A DNA stretch of 64,000 bases from Phoronis australis (lineage: Eukaryota; Animalia; Phoronida). Every line of letters begins with the position of its first letter. Positions within the stretch are counted from its first letter, which is position 1. The notes under the pieces are model-generated. The model saw only the letters and a list, made by a program, of their open reading frames with translations. It had not been told where the DNA came from and ran no database searches. The DNA lies in assembly GCA_002633005.1 (NCBI GenBank), contig NMRA01000018.1, forward strand, positions 1,065,531 through 1,129,530, read 5' to 3'. Position numbers and translations under genes: made by a program. Below, in pieces: positions 11,938 to 23,745 of this stretch.

Positions 11938-13741
11938 TGAGTTTCCCCTTTCAACTCGGGTTCTTATCATTTCTGCGTTTTGCCAAAGCATGCTGTACGT
12001 CACATAAAATGTTTGTCGAAGAGAGATTGACTAATGTGTCCGGCTGAGTTTGAATCTACTGGCTGAGTGCATGATGAAGAGAGAAAATCTAGCATTTGCA
12101 GAAAAGGTGGTTAAGCTCAGCCTACCTTAACTTTACGTACTGAATTATAATATCATAAATTTACTATTTCAAAATTTGTGTGGTGGTTGGTTATAAGACG
12201 CAGGCTTTCGTAAACTGTAGAACTGCCCAGCTTAAAATATTGCAGTTTACTTAATATTAATCTTCGCTTAACTGTGAACTAAGATCTTTAAGAATGAAAT
12301 ATATGTTTCTCATAAAACCTAATTAATTCGGTACTTCAGAAACTGGCAATTGTTTACAATTCTTTGTCAAGGTGATTGGTTTTCTGGACTGTCCATCTGC
12401 AACTACTATTAGCAGCTAAGATTTAGATTCTGTTTATTCAAGTGTATTATCCTGTCACCTCCCTTTAGACACTCATCAATTGTAACATATTCATTCAGGT
12501 TTTAATGAGTTTTCCAGAATCCCTGTCTAAGCAGACTTTATTATAATCATATTATCCAGTTTAGTGTTGTTGACCTTTTTCAAATTCCAAGTGTACATTA
12601 AACTCCCCAGCACACCTACCACGACATTTCTCACTGTTTCTCAAGCAGTTGATGATGTCATCGACTTGAATCTTATTAGCTGGATGCCCATTTTTCACTC
12701 TTGTCTTTTGTGCTCTCCTTTTGTACTTGGTTTATAAGTATGTCAAGTTTCATTTTTCATCATTTATTTGACAATTTGTCATGTTGAAGCCTGTGATCCT
12801 TACTAACAATACAGAGTAGCTAAACAGTACAACAAGGTACAAAGCACTTTATAAAACACTTGTGACAAAATGTTTGTGGAATGAAATAAATGCAAAGTAC
12901 TTAGTATGGCTTGCATAAGTTCAATTTACTTTATTTTTTTAAAATCTTTAATGGACATATTTGGTTGAACGACTGCACCATAACAATGTTTAATGCAGGA
13001 TTTTCCCTGTCTATGAATAGTATACCTTGTTGGCTGCCTTCTTCAACAGGTCATGGATCATCTTTGATCTTTAAAGTGCTTAAAACCACCAATTTCATAT
13101 CAACACCAAAAAAACATCCCCACCAGTCAATTAGCTGTCACATTAGAACACCTGCAAACACTCTCTGACCATATGTTAATTATTAACTGATCTGGAGTTT
13201 TGAGCATTGCCTGGTGGAGACATACTAGGTAGAATCAGGACAACAAAGCATAGCCTTAGACAGTTCCATTTTATTTAGTGTGAAAAGTCATCAGGTGATG
13301 TTCATTTCCTTATTGTTTATGATTACAGCAGAGCCTTGCATTTGTAGTTATCATGATAACTCAGTATTTGAACACGCTGTGACTCTTTTCAGCTTTAAAG
13401 GAAAGTTTAATTATGCTGACAATGAAGTCACAAGGCAAATGGTGGTTCAAACCATTGCAGTTTCCCCAGTTTTAACAGTTAATGCTTGTGTGGTTTCCCC
13501 AGCAAAATAACATTCATCTCAAAATGATTTTGACAGATGGGTTTTGTCATGTTTTCGCACAAACCATTAATTCATTCGTGAATCATCAAAACTTTAACTG
13601 ACATCCTGTAACCTATGGACTGCAAAACTTGCTTCTTAAATCAATGTTTTTAAAACTAAATAATAGTGACATTCTAGATTACCTTTATCTCCTATGTTGT
13701 CGTGTTGCTTAAGCTCATAATAAATTTTTATCAACCTATCT

Positions 13742-13813
13742 CATGGGCGGCGCACCATAGGGGACTGGGGCTGCTGTAGCCCCCCCACTTTTTTCAGTGC
13801 TGCGCCGCCCATG
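13742..13813. mobile_element. 72-bp MITE with CATGGGCGGCGCA TIRs and 5-bp TSD TATCT
   Basis: 13-bp perfect TIR; TATCT at 13737-13741 and 13814-13818. Confidence 0.85.
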
Positions 13814-14798
13814 TATCTCTTTGAGCCTAAAAAATGAAAAAAGTAAGGAACTCTGGTATTGAAATTTTACCTGTCAGTATGAAAATTTGCTGCCAAGAAA
13901 TTTAATTAGACATTTTCTGTTAATTTGTTATAACACATAATATTACTGCCCAGAAATCTAAACTAACAAATTGTTTGGGCATTAGACCTTATTCGTTCCA
14001 AACAAAGCTTCCTAAGTTACAGACGGAACTTGTTCTTTTTGTCTTACCTTTACCTCCAGTTCTGCTCTGCCCGAACACCGAAATAATTAGCTATCAAAAA
14101 TGCACCGATATCTTAGAAATCCAGTGTAGAATATCCTCCATACTGAGGAGTGCTCCTTGCGGTTGTTTACTCTATACCTCTGGCTCATCACTGACTGCTT
14201 CACACTGACTGAGCCCACTTAAGTATGGTATGTGGGTAGATGACCTCCAGCAAGATACCAGATCTCCGTGTGCATATTATAAACATACATACATGAGGCC
14301 CTGTGCAAGTTGTTATGATATCTTTGACATATGTGAAATTTTTAAACCTGCACTCTGTTATTCATAATTAGTCATCTATTTTTTGCATTATTTAGTTCAA
14401 GATATTTTGGTTCTGTCAATACTTAAAGCAGATTTGTACGTTTTTTTCTGTTGGACACTACCCTTTTCAATGGTGTTTGGTCATCTGCTCAGTTGCGTCA
14501 AGTAACAATATTACTAAGTAAGTGAAATTCTTTAGTCTTGTATTAAATTATTTACTTTTAACTTTGCTTTTCATGGGTTGTTGATATTGACATGATATGC
14601 TTCAGACGTTTTGTTTTAATATCAAATTATAACTACACCAAAATCTGTATATTTTGATAAGTGATATGATACATTTCAATCTTTTACTTCTGAGCAACAA
14701 ATTTTTTACTCTAAAGTTATCAAGAAACAAATATCATGACATATTTCAATCTTGTACTTTAGATATAAGTTTGTACAAATATTAAGAAATGCATTGAT

Positions 14799-15825
14799 CA
14801 TGGGTGAGAAACAACATGTCCGCCTGGCCCAAAACATTACCACTGGTCTTCCAAATTGGATAGACTTACCACAAAACAGGACCTATGGGGATCAAATGGG
14901 ACAGCCCGACCAGAAAATGGGACTTATGCACTTAAAAACCCCCCACCACAAAACAAGACTGCCGGAGACTGAACTTGACCACTGTGGATTTAAACTTGAC
15001 TGCCCCTGGCCACAAGCAAATGAAAGGTCAACATTTAAAATAAATTAATCTAACCAAAAACCAACCACGCTGCACAATTTTGTGCCTTATAATTATAATT
15101 TTATCCACTGCGTTAGTTTTAAAACAAAATAAAACTCTTTTTTTCCAATTTGACGTTTTAGTCAAGTCAGAAAACGCATTGAGGATAACTGGTTCTTGGG
15201 TAAAGTATCATAACTAGCCTTGGTGCAAAGCTGTCATCACCTACCCGCGAGCAATGTTGCAAAATTTTAGAAAATTGTGCATGCTCGTGTCACGAACATA
15301 CTGTTTTCAAAACGACAAGAGAATTTTCTTTGTTACAAAAGGCGGAAAATTATGCAAGAAAATGACGTTTAGTAGATTGTTAAGTGGCTGCAATGAACAA
15401 GGTGAGTGTCGGTTGATTCCCAGATTTTGCATGCACCCCCACTGTTTGTTAGCTCTACATGTTGATATAAGTTTCTTGATGAGGTGATGAGCAGAATTAC
15501 TCGGGCTGTGTGAAATTTTGGGGTCTAACAGAGCTCAACACACAGTGGTACCTAGCTCACGATAGTCTTTGTGTTGCTAGCTGGCTGGCTACGTCATAAA
15601 CGGTATGACACACAGGCATTGATAACATTTTGTGCGGCAGTAATTTTCAGTCGCCGGCGGTCCTGTTTTGTGGTGGGGCGTTCACGTTTTAGGTGTGTCA
15701 GTCCCATTTTCTGGTCTAACGATCCCATTTAATCCTCATGGGTCCTGTTTTGTGGTGAGTTGGTCTGATTTGGAGGACCGGCGGTCATGTTTTGGGTACC
15801 GCGGTCATGTTCTTTCTCACCCATG
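14799..15825. mobile_element. ~1.03-kb non-autonomous DNA transposon, long TIRs starting CATGGGTGAGAAA, 5-bp TSD TTGAT
   Basis: ~150-bp imperfect inverted termini with repeated ccacaaaacaggacc motifs; TTGAT at 14794-14798 and 15826-15830. Confidence 0.9.
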
Positions 15826-17042
15826 TTGATGTCCTTCAACATTACAACTTACTTCATCTGTACTTTTATGTTCTCAACTCAGATATAGATGTAACATATT
15901 TCAATCCTTTTACCTCAGCAATACACTCTTGATCATCAAAAAAATAATTGATATTGAACTATCAATTTGGGTGTCTTGATTATCCATTTATCTTATGTTC
16001 AACTTCGTCATGTATGATTGAAATAAGGGTGCCCTGAGGTGGGTCCACGAAGCTATGTACCACGTAATTTTATTAGTGCACGTAAGTTAAATGCCCAGAT
16101 GTCCATAATCATGCGCTAACAGGTGGTCAAAAATCCTTGGCTTGCTTCGTTGTAGCTAATTGAATAAAAAACAGAATTTGCTAGTTTTGTGGAAAATAGG
16201 TCAATTTACGTGAAAATGGTGATTTTTTTAGAAATAACTCAACCAAGTGGTTACAAACATCTAGGCATCAGTGCACATGATTTTATCAAGTATTTCAGAA
16301 ATACATCATTTTATGGTTGAGTGCTATTAATATGTAAATAGTTATTTAAGAAATTTTATCCTTGGTAACAAAGGTATTATCTATTTCCTTAGTTCGGCCT
16401 GTCTAATTTTAGTACCAATCAAAAATTGGTGCACAGTCATCTTGTTCGTGGGGCATCTTGCAATGATGCAGCTGCTTGTCTAGACACGACTGGAGTTGCC
16501 AAGAAATTGATACTGACATGGAGAGTAGAAGGTGCAAAAAATATCTAATATCTAATATAAGAATACTTCCACCTTTGTCAATTGAATGGTGTTTTATCAT
16601 ATCAATCGTAAATTGTAAATCCAAGCATATTTTATGAATTTAATTGAAGATTCAGATTGTCTTAAAACAATTGTATGTTGTCTTGAAGATTCAGTCTCGT
16701 AGCGGGAATTGAAGCACTAAATTGATAAGATCAGCCCTGTGTTGAAGGTTTAATTAGCACTGGTAATGTTTTAGATATTCAATCCTGTCGGTGATTAACA
16801 GAACTATCCTGAGGGGCTCGAGTTGAACGATGCTGACTGGAGCACGTCTGGTCCCAACTGGGTTGCTGTGCTAAGCCTCAGTCTTGGAGTACTATGTTGG
16901 CGTCAACTTTCACAAGTTTTGTGGCGGTTTATTTGTGGCTCTTGCACTTCAATCTTTTCTCAGACTGTCCGAGCCTGTCTACACCTTGGTGAAATGGTCT
17001 GGGGATAAGTGCAGACTAGCAACTTTGGACAAAACGATGCTT

Positions 17043-17227
17043 TGATTTGATCTATTTCAACCTGGTAGAAACTGATGTAGATATCAATGTTGATGTGATA
17101 TGTTTCAACCTGCTGGAAATGGATATTGATATCAATGTTGATTTGGTCTATTTCAACCTACTACAAAGTGATACAGTCGAAACCAATGTTATTTTGTTTT
17201 ACTTCAACCTTCTAGAAATTGATACTT
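17043..17227. repeat. Degenerate 48-bp minisatellite, ~4 copies
   Basis: Unit tgatttgatctatttcaacctggtagaaactgatgtagatatcaatgt repeated with substitutions. Confidence 0.8.
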
Positions 17228-19034
17228 AAACTTCAAAGTTGAGTGCTCCACGCTTAGCTAAAAGCCAATTGGCATTTGGCGACATGGCAAAAATCTCAGG
17301 TCACCAAACGAAATCTGAGGTCGCCAAAACTGAAAATCTCTGGTGGAGGGTATGTGCCTAAAAGTTAGCCGACCAAAAAAAGAGGTTGGTGGGATGGCCG
17401 TAGTGCCACCCAGTTTCCCTGTACCTGTAAATGCCTAAGTGTAGGCATACCTTCATTCTATAACTCAATTCCTCCCGCCGACGAACAAACATTAAACGCA
17501 GACGACTGCATGGGCTAGTGGTGCGAATTTCGTCAATCTTGCCCGACTTTTGCTGAACAATTCCGACTTCTGTCTGTTTACTTCCTCTTGTAATTTAAAC
17601 GTGGTGGCAAATGCACGGAACAATCGTGAATCAAAGGTAATAAATCGGTTTTAACTATAATAAAGCACCAAAATAGCACATATCTCAGAAATGCGTGACT
17701 GGATTCATATAAAAGTTTCAGATACTATAGTCAATGCACTGTTCGCCAGTCTGCTGTTAGAGACTGTTTTCAAAGTGCTCCAATTTTCCTCGAGGGTCTA
17801 TCATGAAATAGGACTTCAATGATTTTTGTAAGAAAAAATCAAAAGTTGCATGAAAAGAAAAATGTAACAGTAGTTTTAAGATTTCACATTCATCATTTCT
17901 ATCAAATGAAACTGTTGTTTTGCTATCAATGTACCTTTTTACTACATTTTACCAAAAAAAGACATGGTCACGAAACCGAACTAACGTCAGATCATTTAAG
18001 AGTCGAAAATCAAATTTTGCAGGCTTACCTCTTTAAGAAAATAAACACTTCAACTACTGAACAGATTTATAATTCTGTAGATTTGTCTATAAGGTTCTAC
18101 ATAATCTCAATTCATTTATGAGAAAAAATTGTGCTAGCTCGTCAATAGGCAACTTATATACAACATACCCTGATGATGTCAGAAGAATTTGCAAAAACAA
18201 ATCATACCCCAGTTAGCGTAGATTCCTTACTTCTTAATAGGATTTACTCTCATTCTTTTGTACCGTTAACAATCTGCTACCCTCTGCATCCTGTTTTTCA
18301 CCATAAACATGTTCACATCTCTATACGTACTCTCTCAACAGCTCAACCGCCTTCAAAGATGTGCTCTAATCGAATCTATTTAAGTCTTATTAAGCCAGTA
18401 AGTTTTATGCCTTGACCTGTCAACCTCAAAACAATGTCAGTGATACCTGGGTCTCCTTTACTCACAGTTTAATTGGCCCTGATCACTTTATTGCCATGCA
18501 GTGATGGATTTACAATTTACCAAATGCATTGGTGTTGTTACAGTCACTAATGACTGACGCCACAAGCAATTGCCTGCTGCGTGAACTGCATAACATCGCT
18601 GTCATCGGTAACACCATTTTATTTTGCCTCCGTGACGACTTGCCATTGGAAAACTTTGTTCTGAAGCTGTAAAGCTATTACATTCCCATTCCAGCCGTTC
18701 CTGCATTCTTATTTTACTGCCGGAATGAAGAGTTGAACTTTGGTATTTTGGTGCGGTATTTACTCAAAACTCTGAATTACATCCGTCAAATGTAATCAGT
18801 TTAAGATGTTGTGTAATAAAGAAAGTTTTTGATGTGAAAAAATGATTTGAGTTGTACCATGTGCTTAAACTAAACGTTCATATAACAAAGACAAGTGTCT
18901 GTATCTAAACTCCTTTTTTTCTTGCTTTGGGTAACGCATATCGTCTGTGTTTATAATGTTTGGCATTTGCAAATAGAATACATAGGGTAAAGTCTCGGCA
19001 GTTAAAAACAAAATATGGTGGACAGGTGAAAGTT

Positions 19035-19225
19035 TATTTTCTCATTTTAAATGATATACAGTACCAGAATGACGCTTTGCTATCTCTAAACTCTGTAGCT
19101 CAGCTACCAACAGACAACATTTTGGAAAACTGGGCATTCAAAGCAATGTTAGAAGGCCTTGAAACATCAAAAAGTGCAATTCTGGCATTTTTAATCAAAA
19201 TCACTGAGATTTTATTGTATAGAAT
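19035..19225. repeat. Dispersed repeat fragment, second copy at ~39925-40120
   Basis: Shared agctaccaacagacaa..tttggaaaa..gcattca..ttgaaa.atcaaaaagt.caat..gatttta.tgtatag, same orientation. Confidence 0.7.
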
Positions 19226-19897
19226 ATACGTGGTATTTATGCACCCATGAAACTTCATCAATGTAAACTGGTGAATTACTGCCTTGAAATATTAATTCTT
19301 CCCAGATGAAACTTGACCATTTCTGAGGAAGGTGGAAAGCTGAAAAACTAGAATGCCTCCATTTAGAAAGCATACACGAAAAAAATACTGATTTGTGATG
19401 AGGTTCCTTTAACCAAGCGGTATTTTCCATGCACCTGTATTCCAGTCATCATCGTATTGTTAACTACCAACTTGGCCCCTATTTAGGAAATTCTGATTAC
19501 TTTAAATTAGACACTCTGAATGTGGCCGTATGCACCTGGAAATAACCCCCGGGGAATACCGGTAACTACATGACGTTAAGGGTGCCACCTACAGTGGTAG
19601 AGTTAAACAATTTTATTTTCTGTCAAACACCTCAACTGTTAAGAGGTGTGGTCAGTACCATCTAGCTATGGGTGTGCTACACTCCCCCTCCCCCTTCCTG
19701 TACACCCTTGTATACCACTTATCATTTCTGTAACGCCTATTGTGGTGGTACATTAAGGGGCACTTGTTGTTGACCATCTGTTTTGTTCAGAATGCAGATG
19801 CAACTTACATTAAAATTACTTGATTTTAATTGCTGTACCATTGGTCAGATTCTGTTTAGTGGTAGTTGGTCAAAGGTTGTGTGTTCTTTTTGTGCAG

Positions 19898-20078
19898 CAA
19901 GAGCAGTGCTGAAGACGGGCAGTCTATGAGTGCTTTAAGTAAGCAGAGAAGTCGCTCTCCAAAGCAACAGTCGCCTAGACGCCCCTCCACCCGACAACCC
20001 TCACCACGGAGACCTACTATTGTTACATCAGTGAAACAGGATGAAGAACTAAGAGACGATATCAAGTCTACTTATGTA
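19898..20078 (+). CDS. LRRCC1: LRRCC1-like coding exon (KSSAEDGQSMSALSKQRSRSPKQQSPRRPSTRQPSPRRPTIVTSVKQDEELRDDIKSTYV)
   Basis: ttctttttgtgcag acceptor, gta|gtgagt donor, 181 nt, phase 2 to 0. Ends in STY, like the 'NTY' preceding the LRRCC1 coiled coil. Confidence 0.85.
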
Positions 20079-20445
20079 GTGAGTGAAGCATTTTTGTCTT
20101 TCAATTACTGAATTTAAAATAATGTTTCTGTGTTCAAAAAATAATAATTTAACAGCAGCAAGGAGTTCAGCAATTGAGAAACTTAAGTGGCTAACTTAGC
20201 TATTTTAAAACACACTGGCTATCATTTTAGGGCAAATAAACAAACACACATCTCTGTTCTGATCTGGTCGCTTTATCCATCAGCTTGGTTAGATGTAATT
20301 GTAAGTGCAAGACAAAGTAATTCTGGATGACAGTGTTATTCTCCCCATGGTTTATGTGACAGAAATAAATCAGACTGCTCCCTCCTGTGTCCTATTTAAA
20401 AGCGCATGCTAATGTCCCGCTGTTAAATAGTTCATCTCTGATGTA

Positions 20446-20933
20446 CAGGGTGTGCCAAAAATGTTACTTTAATTTGCTGGACTTAACTCTTTTAGTGCCA
20501 TGCGCATCTTCAAGTTTTGTGTCACTGCTAAATGTCTTGATCGACGAGTTGGGTACTTTCCCACTTTTTCGTGACAGTTAGCTACAGTTTACCGACTTTG
20601 GCAGACGACAGGAAGACAGTTTTACCTGAACAGAAGTTTTTGAAAAAAATTTCCACTCGTTTTGAAAAATGCCAATTACTTACATGTTGAATTGCGATTA
20701 ATGCATTTGCCTCTAAACTGTCCGTCCCCGAGGTTTAATTGACTCGAATTCAAAATGGCTCTGATTCAGGACCCGAGTTTGAAATGTCAGACATGAGACA
20801 AGGTATGCACCAGTGTTGGTAGGGTATGAATTTCACCCAAAAGCATTAAATTGATGGATGATAGCTTTTTTACCTGAAATATTGAATACTCTACCTGAGG
20901 ATTATGCAGAAATTTTAAGTTTAACATGTACCG
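20446..20933. mobile_element. Tc1/mariner-like non-autonomous element; related copy at ~56440-56826
   Basis: TA|CAGGGTGTGCCAAAA left end; the internal block gaggtttaattgact..aattcaaaa..ttcagga.ccgagtttgaaatgt recurs at ~56583. Right end degenerate. Confidence 0.6.
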
Positions 20934-20944
20934 TAATATATTGT

Positions 20945-21129
20945 ATAAGTATGAGTTACCAGTCTTTTAGCATGCCATATGTTGGTTGCAGGACATGAGC
21001 TATAGTTCAGTCTGAAAATCTCTGTCCTCATCGAGGCTCGAACCCGAGACTTTTTGCTAGCCGTGAAGACACACCTAGTAATCTTACCTATACCATATCA
21101 ATGCTCTGATTTATGCCTGCACAAGTCAA
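20945..21129 (-). mobile_element. tRNA-derived SINE-like insert flanked by 12-bp direct repeat
   Basis: Minus-strand B-box GGTTCGAGCC (~21036-21045); GTAATATATTGT at 20933-20944 and 21130-21141. Confidence 0.6.
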
Positions 21130-23209
21130 GTAATATATTGTGTGGCAAGAAATCCTGCTATTCTTAGTGTGTCTGGAGTTTTATGACCAAAACGATTGTA
21201 ATTTTCCACACATGCGTGGGTCAGGTTACAATTTCACCGATGGCTTGAGTTGTGCACGTTTGTGAATTTGTTTTTTTTTTGTGTTGTGTTTGCACAAGAC
21301 ACTCAATACCCGTGTTTACCATGATATTAATTCATTTTCCTTCGACAATGAACCACAGGATTGCTTTTCCTAAGCCATTGACCCATACCTGTACAAGACA
21401 GGTGCGAACCACAGTGAACAGATTATGCAGTCACTGTGTTTGATTGTCTAACAGCCATGCCCGCTCACTGATTCTAAGTTCGTCTATTATTTGGTATTCC
21501 ACCTGCAGTAAATGCTCTTCAATCTAGCTCACAATATGATGGGGAAAGCGAATATTATTTTTTCAAATTTCGCAACGAAAATGAAGTTTATGAAATTCAG
21601 GCTATTGTCATTGTTTGTACTGTGCAGCTGACATGGACAAAGATATCTTGCATTTTCTAACTGCAATCGGACTCTGAAAAAGGGTAATTGTTTTCTGTAC
21701 TAATTAGATAAGAGGTTACCGACTACCATTCCACTGATCATTGTAGTTGAACTAAGTGATGGTATCTCTGTTATGAGAACTCTTGAATGGAGATTTCTCT
21801 GCAATGCTTAGAAAATTATGCCTGATCACTGAATACCTTTTAATTACATTTCTGTGGTCATGGTGAAGCAGTGTATTTTTCTCAGTGGGCACCATTGTCT
21901 AGATAGACGTTTATAGTCCACGTGCACTTTTCTCCTCAAATGACACGGGTAAAAAGATGTGAGTCAGAGACTGGCTACTTGTGTCTGTAGAGTGATGGAA
22001 CACTCTTTGTTGAGCAAGCTTTCACATGGACACAGAAGAATGCAATTAAAATGGATTAAAGATTCCAACAAGACTGATCGTGTTGAAGTCACTCTTAAAT
22101 TGGCCACGCTGGCGCCATGTTGCCCTCGGGAGATTTGCCGAGTTTGGTGTTTTTGTTTAGTTTACATGTTGGGAGAATACTTTTTAATCAAGACTGCACG
22201 TTTCGCAAATGTTTTGTTGATTTAAGGAATTGCGTCTACTTTTCACAAAACGATTTCCGTGTCGTTACACTCAATGAATACTAAAACAAACAAATGATGA
22301 CACGGAATGGATAATGTGGCATGAAATGTGCTGATGATGAAAAGTAAATGTACTTTTTACAAAGTTTTTGCTAGTGCTTGCTCTTGTAGATAGCACCACC
22401 AGACATTTGTTGGGATGTTTTTTGTCCAAATATAATGTGCACCAAAATGCAACCCTACACGGTAAGAAAGAGCTGATTTCAGGGGTGAAAAAAGTTTAAC
22501 AGATGACAATGAAATTAAGTCAACTTTTTCCTCAAAAAGTTACACACACTGGTGAAAATTGTTTAAGTGTTTTTAGATTGGCAAACTGCCAAATCTCACA
22601 AGGCTAGTTACAAGAAAAAAGTCTTTAGTAAAACTTTCTGCTGTTTTGCAAAAAAATATTTTTTATGCAGTCATGTGACTACATTTCACTTGTCTGGTTC
22701 GAAGACTGAATAGTAATGTCGATAATTGATTTTTTACAAACAGAAAATAATTAGTATTCTGTAGGGAATAGCAGAGCCGATTGTAACACGGGTTGGTTGT
22801 AGGACACGTTATGTCTCCCAAACTAGTGCTGTCTTCCACAGTCTGCAGACCTTGATCCGGTCATGCTCAGTGACTTCCCAGCCTTTTCCAAAAATCTTGG
22901 AACCAGTAAATGAAAGTATTGTGTTTTCATGACGAAAAACATTATTTTGATTACTCGTCTATCAAATTCATCTTTAACAAACAACTTTTTGTCTCGTGTC
23001 TGCTATATGGAGTGGTTTTATTATGTAGTGTTGATATCAGCTTGGTAATGCTTATCTTTCCTTTTCATAGTCATTACATACCAGAATGAACATGACTTTC
23101 GAAATTTCAAGTGTTGGAGTTTCATTGTTCCAAGTAATTATCAAGAGGCTTTAAAATTATACTGCAGATGATTCAACTTTTGTTCGCATTTTGATTTTGA
23201 TTGTGGTGC

Positions 23210-23745
23210 CTTTTTATGTGTATATTTATCCCTATGCTAATGTCTTTGTTGCGTCTCAGTGCGCCTTTGTTGCGTCTCAGTGCGCCTTTGTTACGTGGGC
23301 ATACGGGCACGACTGTATGTGTCGGGCACTTCGCTTAAAAAATAGGCTTCGGATAATGGTGTTTTACCTTCTTTGGCAAATATGGATGGAGCGTATGTAA
23401 TCTGGAACTGGATTGTAAAGTATGTGTAAGGTGAAATACACATTTTGGTGTTCTTTGAAGATTTGATTTGTTACACAATGAAACTTCACGTAGATGGATG
23501 TGATGACCATGGGCACCATTGATTTTGCATGCGGATTTTGACCACTACTAGTGGCCATTTTATTCTCGACAAAGGGTTTTTCACTTGTTCTTTGCGGGGA
23601 ACAGTGTTTCATGGAAATTGACTCAGAAGTGCACGATGGCATGATGCCCTTGATTTTCGGACACATTCGACTACTGCAGCACCTCCTTATGGAACATATC
23701 CTTTGTGATGCACTGTGGGCGCATACCAATTTCCCCTTGTTTAGC
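23210..23745 (+). mobile_element. Possible Helentron-associated non-autonomous element (HINE-like)
   Basis: T-rich start, 21-bp tandem duplication (23246-23292), atgaaacttcac..gatgaccatg..tgattttg and atgatgcccttgattttcgg motifs, ending ccccttgttt. Resemblance recalled from lophotrochozoan repeats only. Confidence 0.35.

Noticed and set aside
12950-13100. Second Penelope GIY-YIG relic on the minus strand (ILFIDRENPALN)
   Set aside because: Only one short motif; insufficient support.
17240-17345. hAT-like left end (agtgctccacgct, tggcgac motifs)
   Set aside because: No matching right TIR found, so boundaries cannot be supported.
21020-21105. tRNA gene
   Set aside because: B-box present but no convincing A-box or cloverleaf; treated as SINE-like.
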